A stretch of 63,996 nucleotides of DNA, filler included, from Chrysochromulina tobinii (Eukaryota), in assembly GCA_001275005.1 (NCBI GenBank). It is 11 parts of 11 records of this genome, joined end to end, with 100 filler letters (N's around TTAATTAATTAA, not from the genome) between each part and the next. Parts side by side here need not be neighbours in the genome. Positions count along the whole stretch, not along the records: positions 1 to 2,300 come from JWZX01000150.1; positions 2,401 to 6,487 come from JWZX01000152.1; positions 6,588 to 16,691 come from JWZX01000153.1; 8 more parts are not named here. One strand, 5' to 3'. Numbering within the stretch: the stretch's first letter is position 1; every line of letters starts with the position of its first letter. Positions 1 to 11,285 of this stretch are shown one piece after another. Position numbers and translations under genes: made by a program. The notes beneath the pieces were generated by a model. That model was given only the letters and a program-made list of their open reading frames with translations. It had not been told where the DNA came from and ran no database searches.

Positions 1-328
1 GCGTGCGGCGAGGCGGTGACGCACGCCTCCCACTCTGGCATCGACATGGAGCCCATCGGGCCGACGTTGGAGGGCTCAAGGAGCAAGCACCATAGCAACA
101 CGATGCCGAATCCCCACACGTCCGCCGCGCTGTGGTGTAAGTGGTGTGGCTCGCCGAGAAACATCTCGGGCGGCGTGATCACCGGCGTGCCTACGTAGTC
201 GACGATCGGCACGGCGCTCAAGGCCGCCTCGCCGACGTCGATCAATCGCGGCCCCTAGGCGAGCGCTGTCGTGGGCACCCCTGCAGACGTGTCGAGGTAC
301 GAGGAATCGAGGATGACAGTTAGCCGGG
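1..328 (-). pseudogene. Degenerate protein kinase fragment (subdomains VIb-IX), not in the ORF track
   Basis: Manual minus-strand translation gives PAN/VILD (frameshifted), an in-frame TAG at 255-257, then GPRLIDVGE, YVGTPVITPPE and ADVWGFGIVLL, matching the kinase NxLLD, DFG, GT..APE and DVWSFG motifs. Confidence 0.6.
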
Positions 329-954
329 CAGTTAGCACCAGCGAGTTCGGAATTGCATGTCGACTAGGAATTCGTGAGTGGCGTTGTAGACGTCATGGAC
401 TCGATAGTTCCAGACGGCTCTCCGGCCTTTATCGGCTCTCACAAACAGCCGGGCGATGAACCCTTGTAAGGTGCAGTGCACGACTGCTGAATTCACTGAC
501 GCCGTGAGGACCGCTCCGGGCCACTCATCTCACAGCACATTCCACACACGATCCTTCCATACTGGGAGTCCTTTCCTAATACGGTAACAGGGAGTCGTGT
601 GATGAGTCAGGTACGGTCTACCCCGTAGAGTGTATGGTATTCAACAGGAATGCTGGCCCTTTTTCCGCTTTTTCTAGTGGGGAAGTCGATGGGGGGGGTA
701 GTTTCGGAAAAATGTTTGTGTTTCACAGCCAATGTTTATGATTCAGCAGCAGCAGGAGCCTCCGTCGGCCTGGTCTGACGCAAAGCGCGCGCGGCTCGCC
801 GTGCTCGTCAGGTACGTGGTCCCCGACCGCATTCTCTTCGCCGGCCCCACCGCCTCGATGGACACGATTGAGATGCACCGCCGCCATTCTTGCTGTCATG
901 CAGGTGAGCTTTGCGCCCGTCGCCTTCATCGCGGAGGCCTTCATCGCGGAGGCG

Positions 955-2300
955 ATGTCGAAGCGGAAGCGAGGTTCTTCGGCTTCCCAGCTGGTCGGAA
1001 CTCAGACTGGGCCTGCTGACGACTCACTGCAGCAGAAGGATGACATGGAGCTGCTCCTCGCGGTCGCTGCACGGAAGCTTGGCATCACCACCGCAGGCGT
1101 GGACATCACCGTGATCCGTCAGCAGCTCCACCAGCAACTCGAGGCTGGCCTTGCAGAGGAGCAGCCACTTATCAGCCCCCCGGATGTCCACGACCTGCAG
1201 CAGCAGGTGGCGAGGCTGCAAACGCAGGTGTTGCGGCAGCAGGAGGAAATCGACGTTCTGCGCGGTAAGGGCGGCGCACGCGGCGCCCACGAGTTCGTCG
1301 TCGCGCAGTACAACATCCTCGCTGGCTACCTCGGCGACAACACGCAGCCGTGGTTCCTGTACGGGCTGGACCTTTCAAGTGAGCGACGCGAGGCCATCTT
1401 CAAGAAGTTTTACGAGAAGGGGGAGGACGGCACGTACGCGAATGTGGGCTGGCCCAAGTACGTCAAGGGCATCCTGACCGACGAGGAGCAGGCCATCGTT
1501 GAGAAGTACAACGAGAAACACTTTCGGTGGGACGGCCGGAAGGACAAGCTGATTACGGTCATCAAGAGCTGCCACGCTGACCTGATCTCGCTCGTCGAGT
1601 GCGACAACTACGAGAGCTTCTTCTTGCCCAACCTCAAGGCGGCGGGCTACGCGGCCCTGTACAAGCAACGCCCTCGCAAGTCGTCCGCGGACGGTTGTGC
1701 CATCTTCTACAAGGTGGGCGTCTTCTCTCTGATCGCCTCCGACTGCTTTGAGTTCGTTGACCGGTTGGACGCGAAAGGACGCGAGGTCAAGGACCGCGTC
1801 GGTCTGGTGGCGCTGCTCCAGCACACGTCGGGCCGCCAGGTCATCTTCATCTCGACGCATCTCGCACGAAACCCTGAGGATCCCAAACAGACAAGCTCGC
1901 GTGCGAAGCAGACGGCGCAGCTGCTCAAGGGGCTCACTGACTTTGCGCAAGCGAACCACGCGCTCGAGGCGCCGGTGATCCTCGCGGGCGACCTGAACAC
2001 GACTAATATCCAGCAGATTGCCAACATCGCACGTGTTGTGTTTGAGCTCTGCTCGGAGGCAGTCCACCCGTTCATCTTCACCGCCTCGGCGCCACGCTCA
2101 TTGCCCACTTCGGTCACCACCACACGCAAGATGTGCATCGACTACCTATTCGTGCAAGTGCGTGCTGATTGCCTGAGAATGGCCTATGAATGGCCTCTGG
2201 TGTCCTCTGATGGCCTCTGGCCGTCTCCTTCGTGCAGTCGACCCTCCAGGTGACCGACAAGGCAGACATGCCGATTCTGACCATGGACAAGCCCATCCCG
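955..2300 (+). CDS. CCR4/nocturnin-like EEP-family phosphatase/deadenylase, 3' truncated; intron 2158-2237
   Basis: Motifs QYNILA, DLISLVECD, DGCAIFYK, STHL, ILAGDLN, IDYLF. Removing a GTGCGT..TGCAG intron restores STLQVTDKADMPILTMDKPIP up to the gap. Start codon uncertain. Confidence 0.8.
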
Positions 2301-2400
2301 NNNNNNNNNNNNNNNNNNNNNNNNNNNNNNNNNNNNNNNNNNNNTTAATTAATTAANNNNNNNNNNNNNNNNNNNNNNNNNNNNNNNNNNNNNNNNNNNN
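2301..2400. other. Artificial contig linker
   Basis: 44 N + TTAATTAATTAA (stops in all six frames) + 44 N. Confidence 0.99.
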
Positions 2401-2752
2401 CATCCATCAGAGGTGTGTCAGCGTCTACCACGCCCCCCGGCTATGACGTGTACTAACTCGAGCACATCGCCAAGGCCGATGGCAGCGCGCGCTGCCTGTG
2501 TTGCCGGCTTGTCTGAAACGGTGGCAAACAGGGCAGCGATCGACCGCGCTGTTGGGTGATCAAACACTATCGTGCTAGGCAGCACAGTGTGCACTCCGAC
2601 GGCCGCCTGCAGCTGGTTGCGCAGCTCAACGGCCCCAAGAGAGTCAACACCCGCATCCATCAGAGGTGTGTCAGCGTCTACCACGCCCCCGGCTATGACG
2701 TGTACTAACTCGAGCACATCGCCAAGGCCGATGGCAGCGCGCGCTGCCTGTG
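2401..2752. repeat. Near-identical tandem ACP-coding repeat (period about 252-253 bp)
   Basis: 2401-2500 matches 2654-2752 except for one extra C in a C-run. Confidence 0.85.
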
Positions 2753-5700
2753 ATGCCGGCTTGCCATCGACGGTCCCCTGGGCGACTACTCTCGCTGCTC
2801 GCGCAGGAGCCGACGCTCTGAAGTGAGCGTATGGGGTGAGGAAGCCGTGCACCTCGCTCGCACCCCCGAGGAGTCTGGACCAGTCGGCTGGTAGGACTAC
2901 AAAACTCGGGTGGTTGGACTCGTGCAGCGAGACCCGCAATGCGGAGACAGCCATGGAGCGAGAGATGGCTCCAGAGCCTGACAGGTTCGCTCGACGGTCC
3001 GCACCAGCACGAGCCGCATATCCAATCTCTGCAACAGCGCCCCATGAGACGCTCTGGCCGGGCATTCCAAGACAACGGCGATAGTCTGCCATCGTGTTGA
3101 GCCACGCGTTAGCTGCCGAATGGGGCGATTGGCCTGCAGAGCCCATGGTGCCCGCAGCAGATGAAAAGACGTTAAACATCTGCAAGCGCGCACACATTGT
3201 GGCAGCGTGCAACACCGTGGCTCCCAGCACCTTTGGAGCATATACGGCCGCAAAGTTTGGTGCGATTTGGTTGGCAAGGATGCCGTCTACGAGGTGATGC
3301 GCGGCGTGGAAGACAGAACGGACGCCGAGATGCTTTGCATGTAGCCGCTGAACTGTGGAGCGTAGCACACCTTCGTCGGACGCATCGCAGCAGACCCGCT
3401 GCACATCTGCTTCACACGCATCGAGCCATGCCCAATCGTTCTCACTTCCACCCACCACACGCCCACTCCGAGACGACAGCACCAGATGACGTGCCCCTGC
3501 CTCGACGAGCGACCGGGCAGCCAGCAACCCAAGGCCACCAAGGCCTCCTGTGAAGAACGCCACGCCCTGGCTCAGGCTAGGGTTGAGAATGGCTCTCTCC
3601 CTCTGCGGCGGCGCACGCTGAGCCAAAATGACCGCCTGAACCCGCAGGAATCCATCACCCTGCACACAACGCCGCTGCTTGAAGCCACTGTCCGAGAGGA
3701 GCGAGGCCCACTGCTGCCAAGAGAGCAAGGGGCTCGCTTGGCCACGGCGCTCAGGATCACCAACCTCGGCAAACAGCCACCAGCCATCAGTCAGGCCGAA
3801 CGTGATCTGGTTGAACGAGGTGTTCTGAACAGCTTCATTGACCACAAGCACTCCGCTCTTGCTGAGCAGTGCATGGCAGTTGCGTAGCGTATTGCAAATG
3901 AAAGGTGTGGCATGCAAACAATTTGTGGAGACCAGCAGGTCGTGCTCTTGCAATGCGAACCCCTGCAGGCGCGGGTCGGCATCGATGTTGAGCAAGGCCG
4001 TCTCGAGAAATCTGTACTCCGCAAACCTAGCACGTGCTTGACGGAGGAAGACTGAAGAGACATCCGTGAAGACGTACTTCCTGCATCTCTTTTCAACGAC
4101 GGGCAAGATGCTCGACGCTGTGCCACCTGAACCGGCACCGACTTCCAGCACGATGACGGTATGCTGGTCTGGAATCTCTGATAGGACACCTTGGATGGCA
4201 GCCACGACGCATCTGTTGTAGAAGGCTGCTGCCACTCCTTGTTCGTAAATGGGCAACACCATCTCCATAGAGCCGGCAGGGAAAAGCAACTCTTGGTATG
4301 GAACGACAGCAGAGAGTGCATCGGCGAGCCTTGATCCACAACGCTCCATAAGCCTCAGCTCTGGCCACAGATCAGCATGAGCTTGCAGCACATCGGCTGG
4401 GTAGATGGGCTCCCCGGTCGGCTCCGCCTGACTGGAACACCAGCCAAGGAGGAGTTTATGATGCCATAACGGCACTGCTGGTTGGTTGAGGTCCTTGATG
4501 GCAGCCCGAACATACGTCTGGCCCAACTTTTCAAGCTGTTTGTAAGCCAATTGAAGGCGAACCATGTCGAGCGAATCGGATGCGTGTACGACATGAGCAC
4601 GAACATAATCAAACAGGATGCCGACATCGACAGGCAATGGTAGCAACTGAACACCATTCTGCGCCACCAGCCGGGGCACGACAAAGCCCGACCTGTCCAA
4701 GACTGCCTCTGGCTCAAATGAAGTGGCCAGCTGAAGGCCACGAACACTGCCACCTGCCACTTGGAGCATCTGACCGTGCAATGCAAGCGCCAGGCCAGAG
4801 AGGTCTTGCAGCCCACGCTGCAAATCAATGCATGAGGTTGGAAGCACGCCTTCCTGACGGCATGCTCTAGCGAGGCCCCACAAGCCAGCATTTGCACACT
4901 GTCGAGCGACGCCCGAAGGCTGTGTCCCAATCGTGCAAATGAACATAGGTATCAGACGACCCTGCGAATACATGCTTCGGGCTTGCAAGGCATCGAGAGT
5001 GACTGCCAAGGATCGAAGATCGCACGTGTCAGTCAGAGCGAAGGAGACCACCACGGCACGGAAGAGCGCAGCGTCAAAAACGATGCCGACGCTGCTCCGC
5101 ACAGTATCTTGGTGGAAAGGCAGCCCTCTCAGCGAGTCACCCACAACCAGCACTCGACGATCATCTTCCATTGAGGGGAGAGAGGACGATTTCGCTCGCA
5201 GCCAGTCGATGGCATAGAACCAATGACGCTCAGGCTCGGCAGAGAAACTAAGGGCTCCAGTGAACTTTCTCGACGAAAAGCCTGAGAGGACGGTGGGAGA
5301 TGAGCCGTCGATTGGCGACAACCATATTGAAACGCCTGTGCGACCTGGTACTTCGGCTGCGGCTGCCCACAGCCTCGCCGAAGAGCCCTGCAACTGTGCA
5401 AGGTCTACTGCAAACGGCAAGCGCGTCTCTGGGGTGCCACTCGACCTGAGCAGCGCGCTCAGGCACAGCGCGTCATCAAGGTCGGCTGGGTGAACGAGCG
5501 TGCCCTGGTGTGAAGAGCGCACGCGCAGCCGACCGGTCGCTGTGTTGTGCCCGCCGCCCCATGCCTGCTCGAGCGTCCGGTACCCTGGCCCGTACTGCAA
5601 GCCCACCTTGTCAAACGCGTCATACAGCGCGCCCACGTCCACAACGCGCGATCCCACATGGCTGTGCAGAGCTGCTAGGCTCATGCGTGACACACCCGCT

Positions 5701-6487
5701 GGAACACCAGACGACGCGAATGAGCCGGTGCAGTGCACTGCGATCTCGAGCATCGATCCAGTGCGGATCTCGAAGCTGCCAGCTGTCACAGAGCACTCGA
5801 TGTAAGACCCGGCCGACTCCAGAGCAAGCGGCTGCAAGAAGAAGACCGCCTGCAGCGCGGACGAGCCCGACGCAGCGCGCGCGAGCTCGAGATACCCAGC
5901 TCCCGGGAAGATGACGCGACCCTGCACGACGTGATCGGCCACAAGCGCGTGCACCGCGCCCACAAGGGGCGAACGGAACAGAACGCCTTCCTGCGACGAG
6001 GCGATCCGCTGCTGAATGAACGGATGAGCCGACTCGCGCCAAGTGAACGCGCTCCGCCTGAAAGCGAGCTGCGGTACCGGCTGCATCAGACCAGATGCCG
6101 CGCCCGATGATCCGTCCTCGGCGCGCTGCATCAGCGCGTGCGCAATCGTGCCGCTGAACCCGAACGAGCTCACGCCCGCCACGCCCTCGGTCAGAGAGCG
6201 ACCGCGCTCAAGAGGCAAGACGAAGCACGCCGCAGATGCACCAAACCTCTGGCCAACCAGGGGATTGAGGACGCGCAAATGAGCGTTGCCCATCGACGCA
6301 CGCTGCCCGATCAGCTGCTGCACCTTGAGCAGACCCACCTGACCAGATGCGGCCTCGCTGTGCCCCACGTTGGCCTTCGCTGCGCCCACGCTCAGCGGCG
6401 TCGCGCGACCGGCCGAGCCGTACACCGCCGCAAGCGCGCCCGCCTCCGTCGGGTCGCCGAGCGCCGTGCCCGTGCCGTGAGCCTCCG
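2401..6487 (-). CDS. Internal fragment of a modular type I polyketide synthase: KS(C-terminal half)-DH-KRs-MT-KR-ACP-ACP(partial), no AT domain
   Basis: EAHGTGTALGDPTE and KANVGHSEAASG (KS); HVVQGRVIFPG and HPADLDD (DH); LEVGAGSGG (MT); TGGLGGLG (KR); GVDSLGAVELRNQL (ACP). The frame is open from the contig edge at 6487. Confidence 0.93.
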
Positions 6488-6587
6488 NNNNNNNNNNNNN
6501 NNNNNNNNNNNNNNNNNNNNNNNNNNNNNNNTTAATTAATTAANNNNNNNNNNNNNNNNNNNNNNNNNNNNNNNNNNNNNNNNNNNN
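6488..6587. other. Artificial contig linker
   Basis: 44 N + TTAATTAATTAA + 44 N. Confidence 0.99.
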
Positions 6588-8124
6588 TGCCGCGGCTGCC
6601 GCGGCAGCCGCACCGCCCGAGCCGCCGCCGCCGCCGCCCCCGCCGCCGGAGCCGGAGCCGGAGCCGGAGCCCGAGATGACAGAGGAAGAGGAAGAGGCGC
6701 ACGTTGCGCTGGTGAAGCTGAAGGAGGTGATCGCAAGCAATATGCAGCGCGTGCTCAACTTGTTCCAGGCGTGGGATACTAATGGGGACAAATGTGTCGA
6801 TCGCAAGGAGTTCGCCAAGGCGATCAAAGATCTTGGGTTTGAGTTTCCAAAGTCTACGATCCATAAGCTCTTCGATTACCTCGACGACGACGGGCGTGGG
6901 ACGCTTGACTACCAGGAGATGCGAACCGCGCTGCAGGCGCCGATCAAGTCGTTCGCCAAGGGCAAACCGGTGACTAAGGCGGCGGCCAAGGAGGCCGTGG
7001 CGGCGGCCAAGGCGGACGCGAATGCGAAGGCCAAAGCGGAGGCGAAGGCGGCATTAAAAGCGGACGCGAAAGCGGCGGCAAAGACGGACGCGAAGGCGGC
7101 TGCGAAGGTAGCTGCGAAGGCCGAGGCGAAGGACAATGGCAAAGCGAAGGCAAAGACGGCCCGGGCCGAGTCGGGTAAGGAGAAGGGGAAAGAGAAGGGG
7201 AAGGCCAAGGAAGCAGCAGCGAGTGCGAAGGAGGCGGTTGACGTCCAGGCCGCAGCGAGCAACGCGTCAGCCACCGACTCGTCCTCCGCGGCGTGCTTCA
7301 AGCCCGCGGAAGGTGCCTCAACCGTGGACGTGAGCGCCCTTGTTAGCTCTGTGGACGAGCCTACGCCTCCGCTGCCCACGGGATGGTTTGAGGCGAAGTC
7401 GGCCGAGGGCAAGGCCTACTTCTTCCACGCGGTTACGAAGCAGACGGTGTGGGAGCGGCCGGCGCCGTCTCCCGAGTGGCTCGCCTGGCAGAAGCAGCAG
7501 CGTGAGTGGCAGGAGCAAGCGAAGCGACATGGTCAGTGGCAGCAGCATCAGCAGCATCAGCAGCAGCAGCAGCAGCAGCAGCATCAGCAGCAGCAGCCGC
7601 AGACGCCGCAGCCACCGTTGGGAACGTCGTCGTCTGCTCCAGTGATGCCGCCGCCACAGACGTCGTCAGCGGCCCCACAGCCGTCGCCGAAGCGGCGAGG
7701 CAAGCCGCGCCGTGCCAAGACGGCGCGTGACCTGCGTACCGCTGCCGCCTCTACAACCTCGCGCGAGGACAGCTACTGGAATAAAGAGTACCAGCCGTCG
7801 GCGCTCGCGACGGATCCGCTCAAGTGCAACCCTGCGGGCATCCGCGGCTGGGTGGATCCCGACGGGATTCGTCGGCCTGAGCGCTCGCTCGAGCGGCGCA
7901 AGCTCATTCCACAGGTCGACATTGGGTACTACGAGCCCAACGGGCGCGGTGCAGGGGTCAAGGAGGCTGGGCTTCCCGCCATCTCGCAAGCTTTCAAGGA
8001 GTCGCTGCGCTCGACGTATGTCGAGCAGTTTGACAAGCTCGAGGGCTCCGAGGCGTCCGTCGAGAACCTACGCAAGATGCTCGCCAAGGCTGCCGGCGAG
8101 CGGCTCCCCTTGTTTGAGTATTGA
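6588..8124 (+). CDS. EF-hand pair + WW-domain protein with Ala/Lys-rich and poly-Q linkers (probably 5' truncated)
   Basis: EF loops DTNGDKCVDRKE and DDDGRGTLDYQE; WW LPTGWFEAKSAEGKAYFFHAVTKQTVWERP; frame open upstream to the gap. Confidence 0.8.
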
Positions 8125-8884
8125 GCTATGGAGCGATGTGCCAATGGTGTCCGCCGCGCGGATTTCCGTCTCCGTGGCTCCGTGGCCTTTGCCCCGCCCT
8201 GTGGAGAGAGACAGTGGTCGTAGTTCAAAGATGATCTGCGTGTCACTGCTTCGTGTACGTTCAGCAAGCGCAGGAGTGCCACACTGCCAACTTTAAGGCC
8301 GCTCGTGGCATGTGGGTTGACACAGGGACAGGCTCGTGCGCTGCGACTCGTATGCTCCTACGGTCACCGTGACGTAAGCTTTAACGGCCCCGCGCCAATT
8401 CGGCCCGCTACACCGTTGCTACACTATTCTATTGACTATTCAGATTGTTACCGCCGTCGTGCGTCGAAGTGGTTAGTGGGTCGCCTTAAATGGGTCCTCG
8501 GACCCTGAGTGTGCAAAATCGAGCACGTACTTGCTACTTCTACTGATCATACTCCTCTGTACTGACACTCACTTGGCTTGACTTAGTCACTTGAATCATT
8601 GACTTGCCTTGACTTGACTTCGCCTCCGCCCCGCGGCACGCCACGGTGGTTTCACAGCCAATGTTTATAACCCGGTGCCGCTTTTCTGCAGAAGTTCCTG
8701 TCCTCCTGTACAATGGCTTCGCCAGTGCCTTGGTGTCTGCCACGGCGCCCCAGATATCTCCGAGCCCAGAAGGGGGGTAGGCAGCCCGCAACGCCTTAGG
8801 GGTGAGCGAACCGCTGCGGCCCCCGCGCCGCGTGCGTTAACCAGAATTGGTTTCATTACGATACCGCGTAAAGTTTTACGCGGT

Positions 8885-9010
8885 GCCGCGTGATCCTCGC
8901 TCACGAGGCCATTGCCTGCCCAGGTATCAGCGCCAGCGCCGCAGCTCTGCCCGCGCGAGCTGCCTGACCGGCCGCGTGATCCTCGCTCACGAGGCCATTG
9001 CCTGCCCAGG
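8885..9010 (+). repeat. 40-bp direct repeat pair upstream of the TPR gene
   Basis: GCCGCGTGATCCTCGCTCACGAGGCCATTGCCTGCCCAGG at 8885-8924 and 8971-9010. Confidence 0.85.
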
Positions 9011-9240
9011 CCTTTTTCGTCGCACCCACCACCATCCCCTGTCTCCTCCAAGTGTGTTAGCATACATATTCCATGCGCATCTCCAGTTAGAGGGGGGGCT
9101 TATCTCGCGCTGACCTTCGAGAACGTGTCTGTCTTCCATGCCCATGCTTTTAATATTGCCCTACTCTTAGCGGTCGACCCACCCTACCGCTCAAGAGGCT
9201 CAGACGAAACCGGGCGCCCAGTGGGAGGCAAGCGTGAGCC

Positions 9241-10467
9241 ATGCCCATTAACACGTGGGGGCAACCTACTCCTTGGAGTGTAGATCGAGAAGCAGAAGAG
9301 CTCGCCCAAGCCAGCCTTGTTGCCCTCAATAGAGGTGATTCGGCCAGAGCTCTGGACCTTGCGCAGCAAGCGCGTGCAAAAGCTCCTCTCGTCTGCTTCC
9401 AGGCATACCACGCACAAGGAGCTGCATTGTCGAAGTTGGAGCCTCCGCAACTTGAACGCGCTTTGCAGTGCCTTGATGAAGGCATCGAAGTGGCGCATCG
9501 CCTCAACCCAGATTGGACAGCAGATAAACCTGTCGAGTGGGGTCACATGGGCCATAGAGCATTCATGCGGCTGCTGCACGAAAAGCTGTTCGCCCTGCGA
9601 CAAAGCGAGCGTACCGCCGAGGCGTACGTTCTTGCCCGGCGCATGCTAAAGCTCAACAGAACTGACCATCAAGGCGTCCGTATCCTCGCATTGGAGCTTG
9701 CAGGCAACTTCGGATGGATCGAGGCCATGGAAGCGATCGTCGCCGACTTTCTGCGTGATGGCTGCGGTGACGTCGACATCTTGTACGCGGATGTGCTCGT
9801 CGGACAGCTTCGTCGGGTTGACGAGGAGGAAGTACGTCGCAGGCTCGCGAGGGCGCTGCGCTCCAATATGCACATCGCGAGATTTCTGATGCACCCGGAG
9901 GAGGCTAATGATTTGGGCCACACCAAGCGAGCGTCAGAGGCGATGGATTACGTGAAACGTATGGCTGCGGTTTGGACTCGCATTGAGTACATCCATGAAA
10001 AGGGTACCTCGACGTCGTCTGCCGTCGCTTGGCTGCACCGTTGCGAGGCTGCGTCGGTCCCTAGCGAGACGAAGCTCGTCGCTGAGCTCGAGAGATGTGG
10101 CTATCTCCTCATACAGTTTCGCAATCTTGATGGGAGCAGCCAGATGATGGAGGCGACACGGCGTCTCGACTTGGTCCCTAGCGGGCCTCAGTCTGGGAGC
10201 ATACAGCCCCATCAAGTGGGCCACGCGATCCAAGTGTATGACAAGCATGCCGAGGCGGCCGATGGCCGCACAGGCGACTGGCGAAGTTTCAAGTATGATA
10301 TGCTCATGGCGACCCCTTTCTTCGATGTGCTTTCGGCACATGCACCACCACCTCCCACGCCCCAGGAGCTCATGTGCGATGAGTTGCTGAGGAGCATGGC
10401 GGGTAGGGCTACTCCGCCTCGAGGACGAGGCGGCCGCGACTTGCCCCCGACCCCCGTTGAGGCATGA
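9241..10467 (+). CDS. TPR/ST7-like helical protein with a C-terminal WYL_2 (DUF2693)-like SH3 beta-barrel
   Basis: TPR-like helices with WGHMGHRAFMR and LNRTDHQGVR; C-terminal IQFRNLDGSSQMMEATRRLDLVP..IQVYD..WRSF. Confidence 0.7.
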   Translation: MPINTWGQPTPWSVDREAEELAQASLVALNRGDSARALDLAQQARAKAPLVCFQAYHAQGAALSKLEPPQLERALQCLDEGIEVAHRLNPDWTADKPVEWGHMGHRAFMRLLHEKLFALRQSERTAEAYVLARRMLKLNRTDHQGVRILALELAGNFGWIEAMEAIVADFLRDGCGDVDILYADVLVGQLRRVDEEEVRRRLARALRSNMHIARFLMHPEEANDLGHTKRASEAMDYVKRMAAVWTRIEYIHEKGTSTSSAVAWLHRCEAASVPSETKLVAELERCGYLLIQFRNLDGSSQMMEATRRLDLVPSGPQSGSIQPHQVGHAIQVYDKHAEAADGRTGDWRSFKYDMLMATPFFDVLSAHAPPPPTPQELMCDELLRSMAGRATPPRGRGGRDLPPTPVEA

Positions 10468-10791
10468 CGACAGCACATGGGCCAATCGAATCCCCAATCG
10501 ATCCCATAACACGTACAGTAGCGAGCCAATATCACGACTTAGGGCAATTATCAAATATTTACGGGGACTGCCGCGCACACCGGGTTGCTCGAAGGCTTCC
10601 ATGTTCGGTTGTTCCGAACCATAAACCATAAAACACGTACACGATCACGTCTCACGTGACCGGAGCGCGGGTGCCGGCCCGACGCGAACGGTCTGAAGCC
10701 CCGGCGGCACCAGTCAATCAATCGGGTTCTTAGATCCAAGATCGCGGGCGGCTGTGTCCATGCGGCTGTAGAGAACAGTGCCGAGTAACCC

Positions 10792-10845
10792 AGCAATAAC
10801 CTGAGTTAGTGCTCAGGTTATTGCTCAGGTTATTGCTCAGGTTAT
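10792..10845. repeat. 12-bp tandem unit (GCTCAGGTTATT x about 3) with an inverted copy forming a hairpin
   Basis: AGCAATAACCTGAG (10792-10805) is the reverse complement of CTCAGGTTATTGCT. Confidence 0.75.
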
Positions 10846-11285
10846 CGTATGCAACTCCCGCGCGTCATCCGTTTAAATAGAATACGAACAACGAGCAACG
10901 GTTATACGGCGAATCCGATGCGGCTTGCGGGCGAATCCGCAACCGAGGTCGGAGGTGCGCGGGATACTTATTTGTTATTTATCACAACATCCTACATAAG
11001 CGATCCGGCGGTAACCGAACGTCCGAACCCGGAATCCCGCGCTCCCGCTCGGGCTCGCGCTCGCGAATCGGTACGAATGTTTTGCCGAACGTTAGCGCGG
11101 AATTGGAAAATGGGGATTGCTCAAACCGCAGCACATGCGCGCACCGAAAGATGAGGTACCAAAGGCGCTCTCGCGCAGGCCCACCCCAGGGCCCTCGCGC
11201 GACAGCCGACACACCTTCGTTATTGACCATCTACTGACACATATGCTTGGGGCGCGTGAGTCCCCCAGCCCGCTCCGCAACGTTC

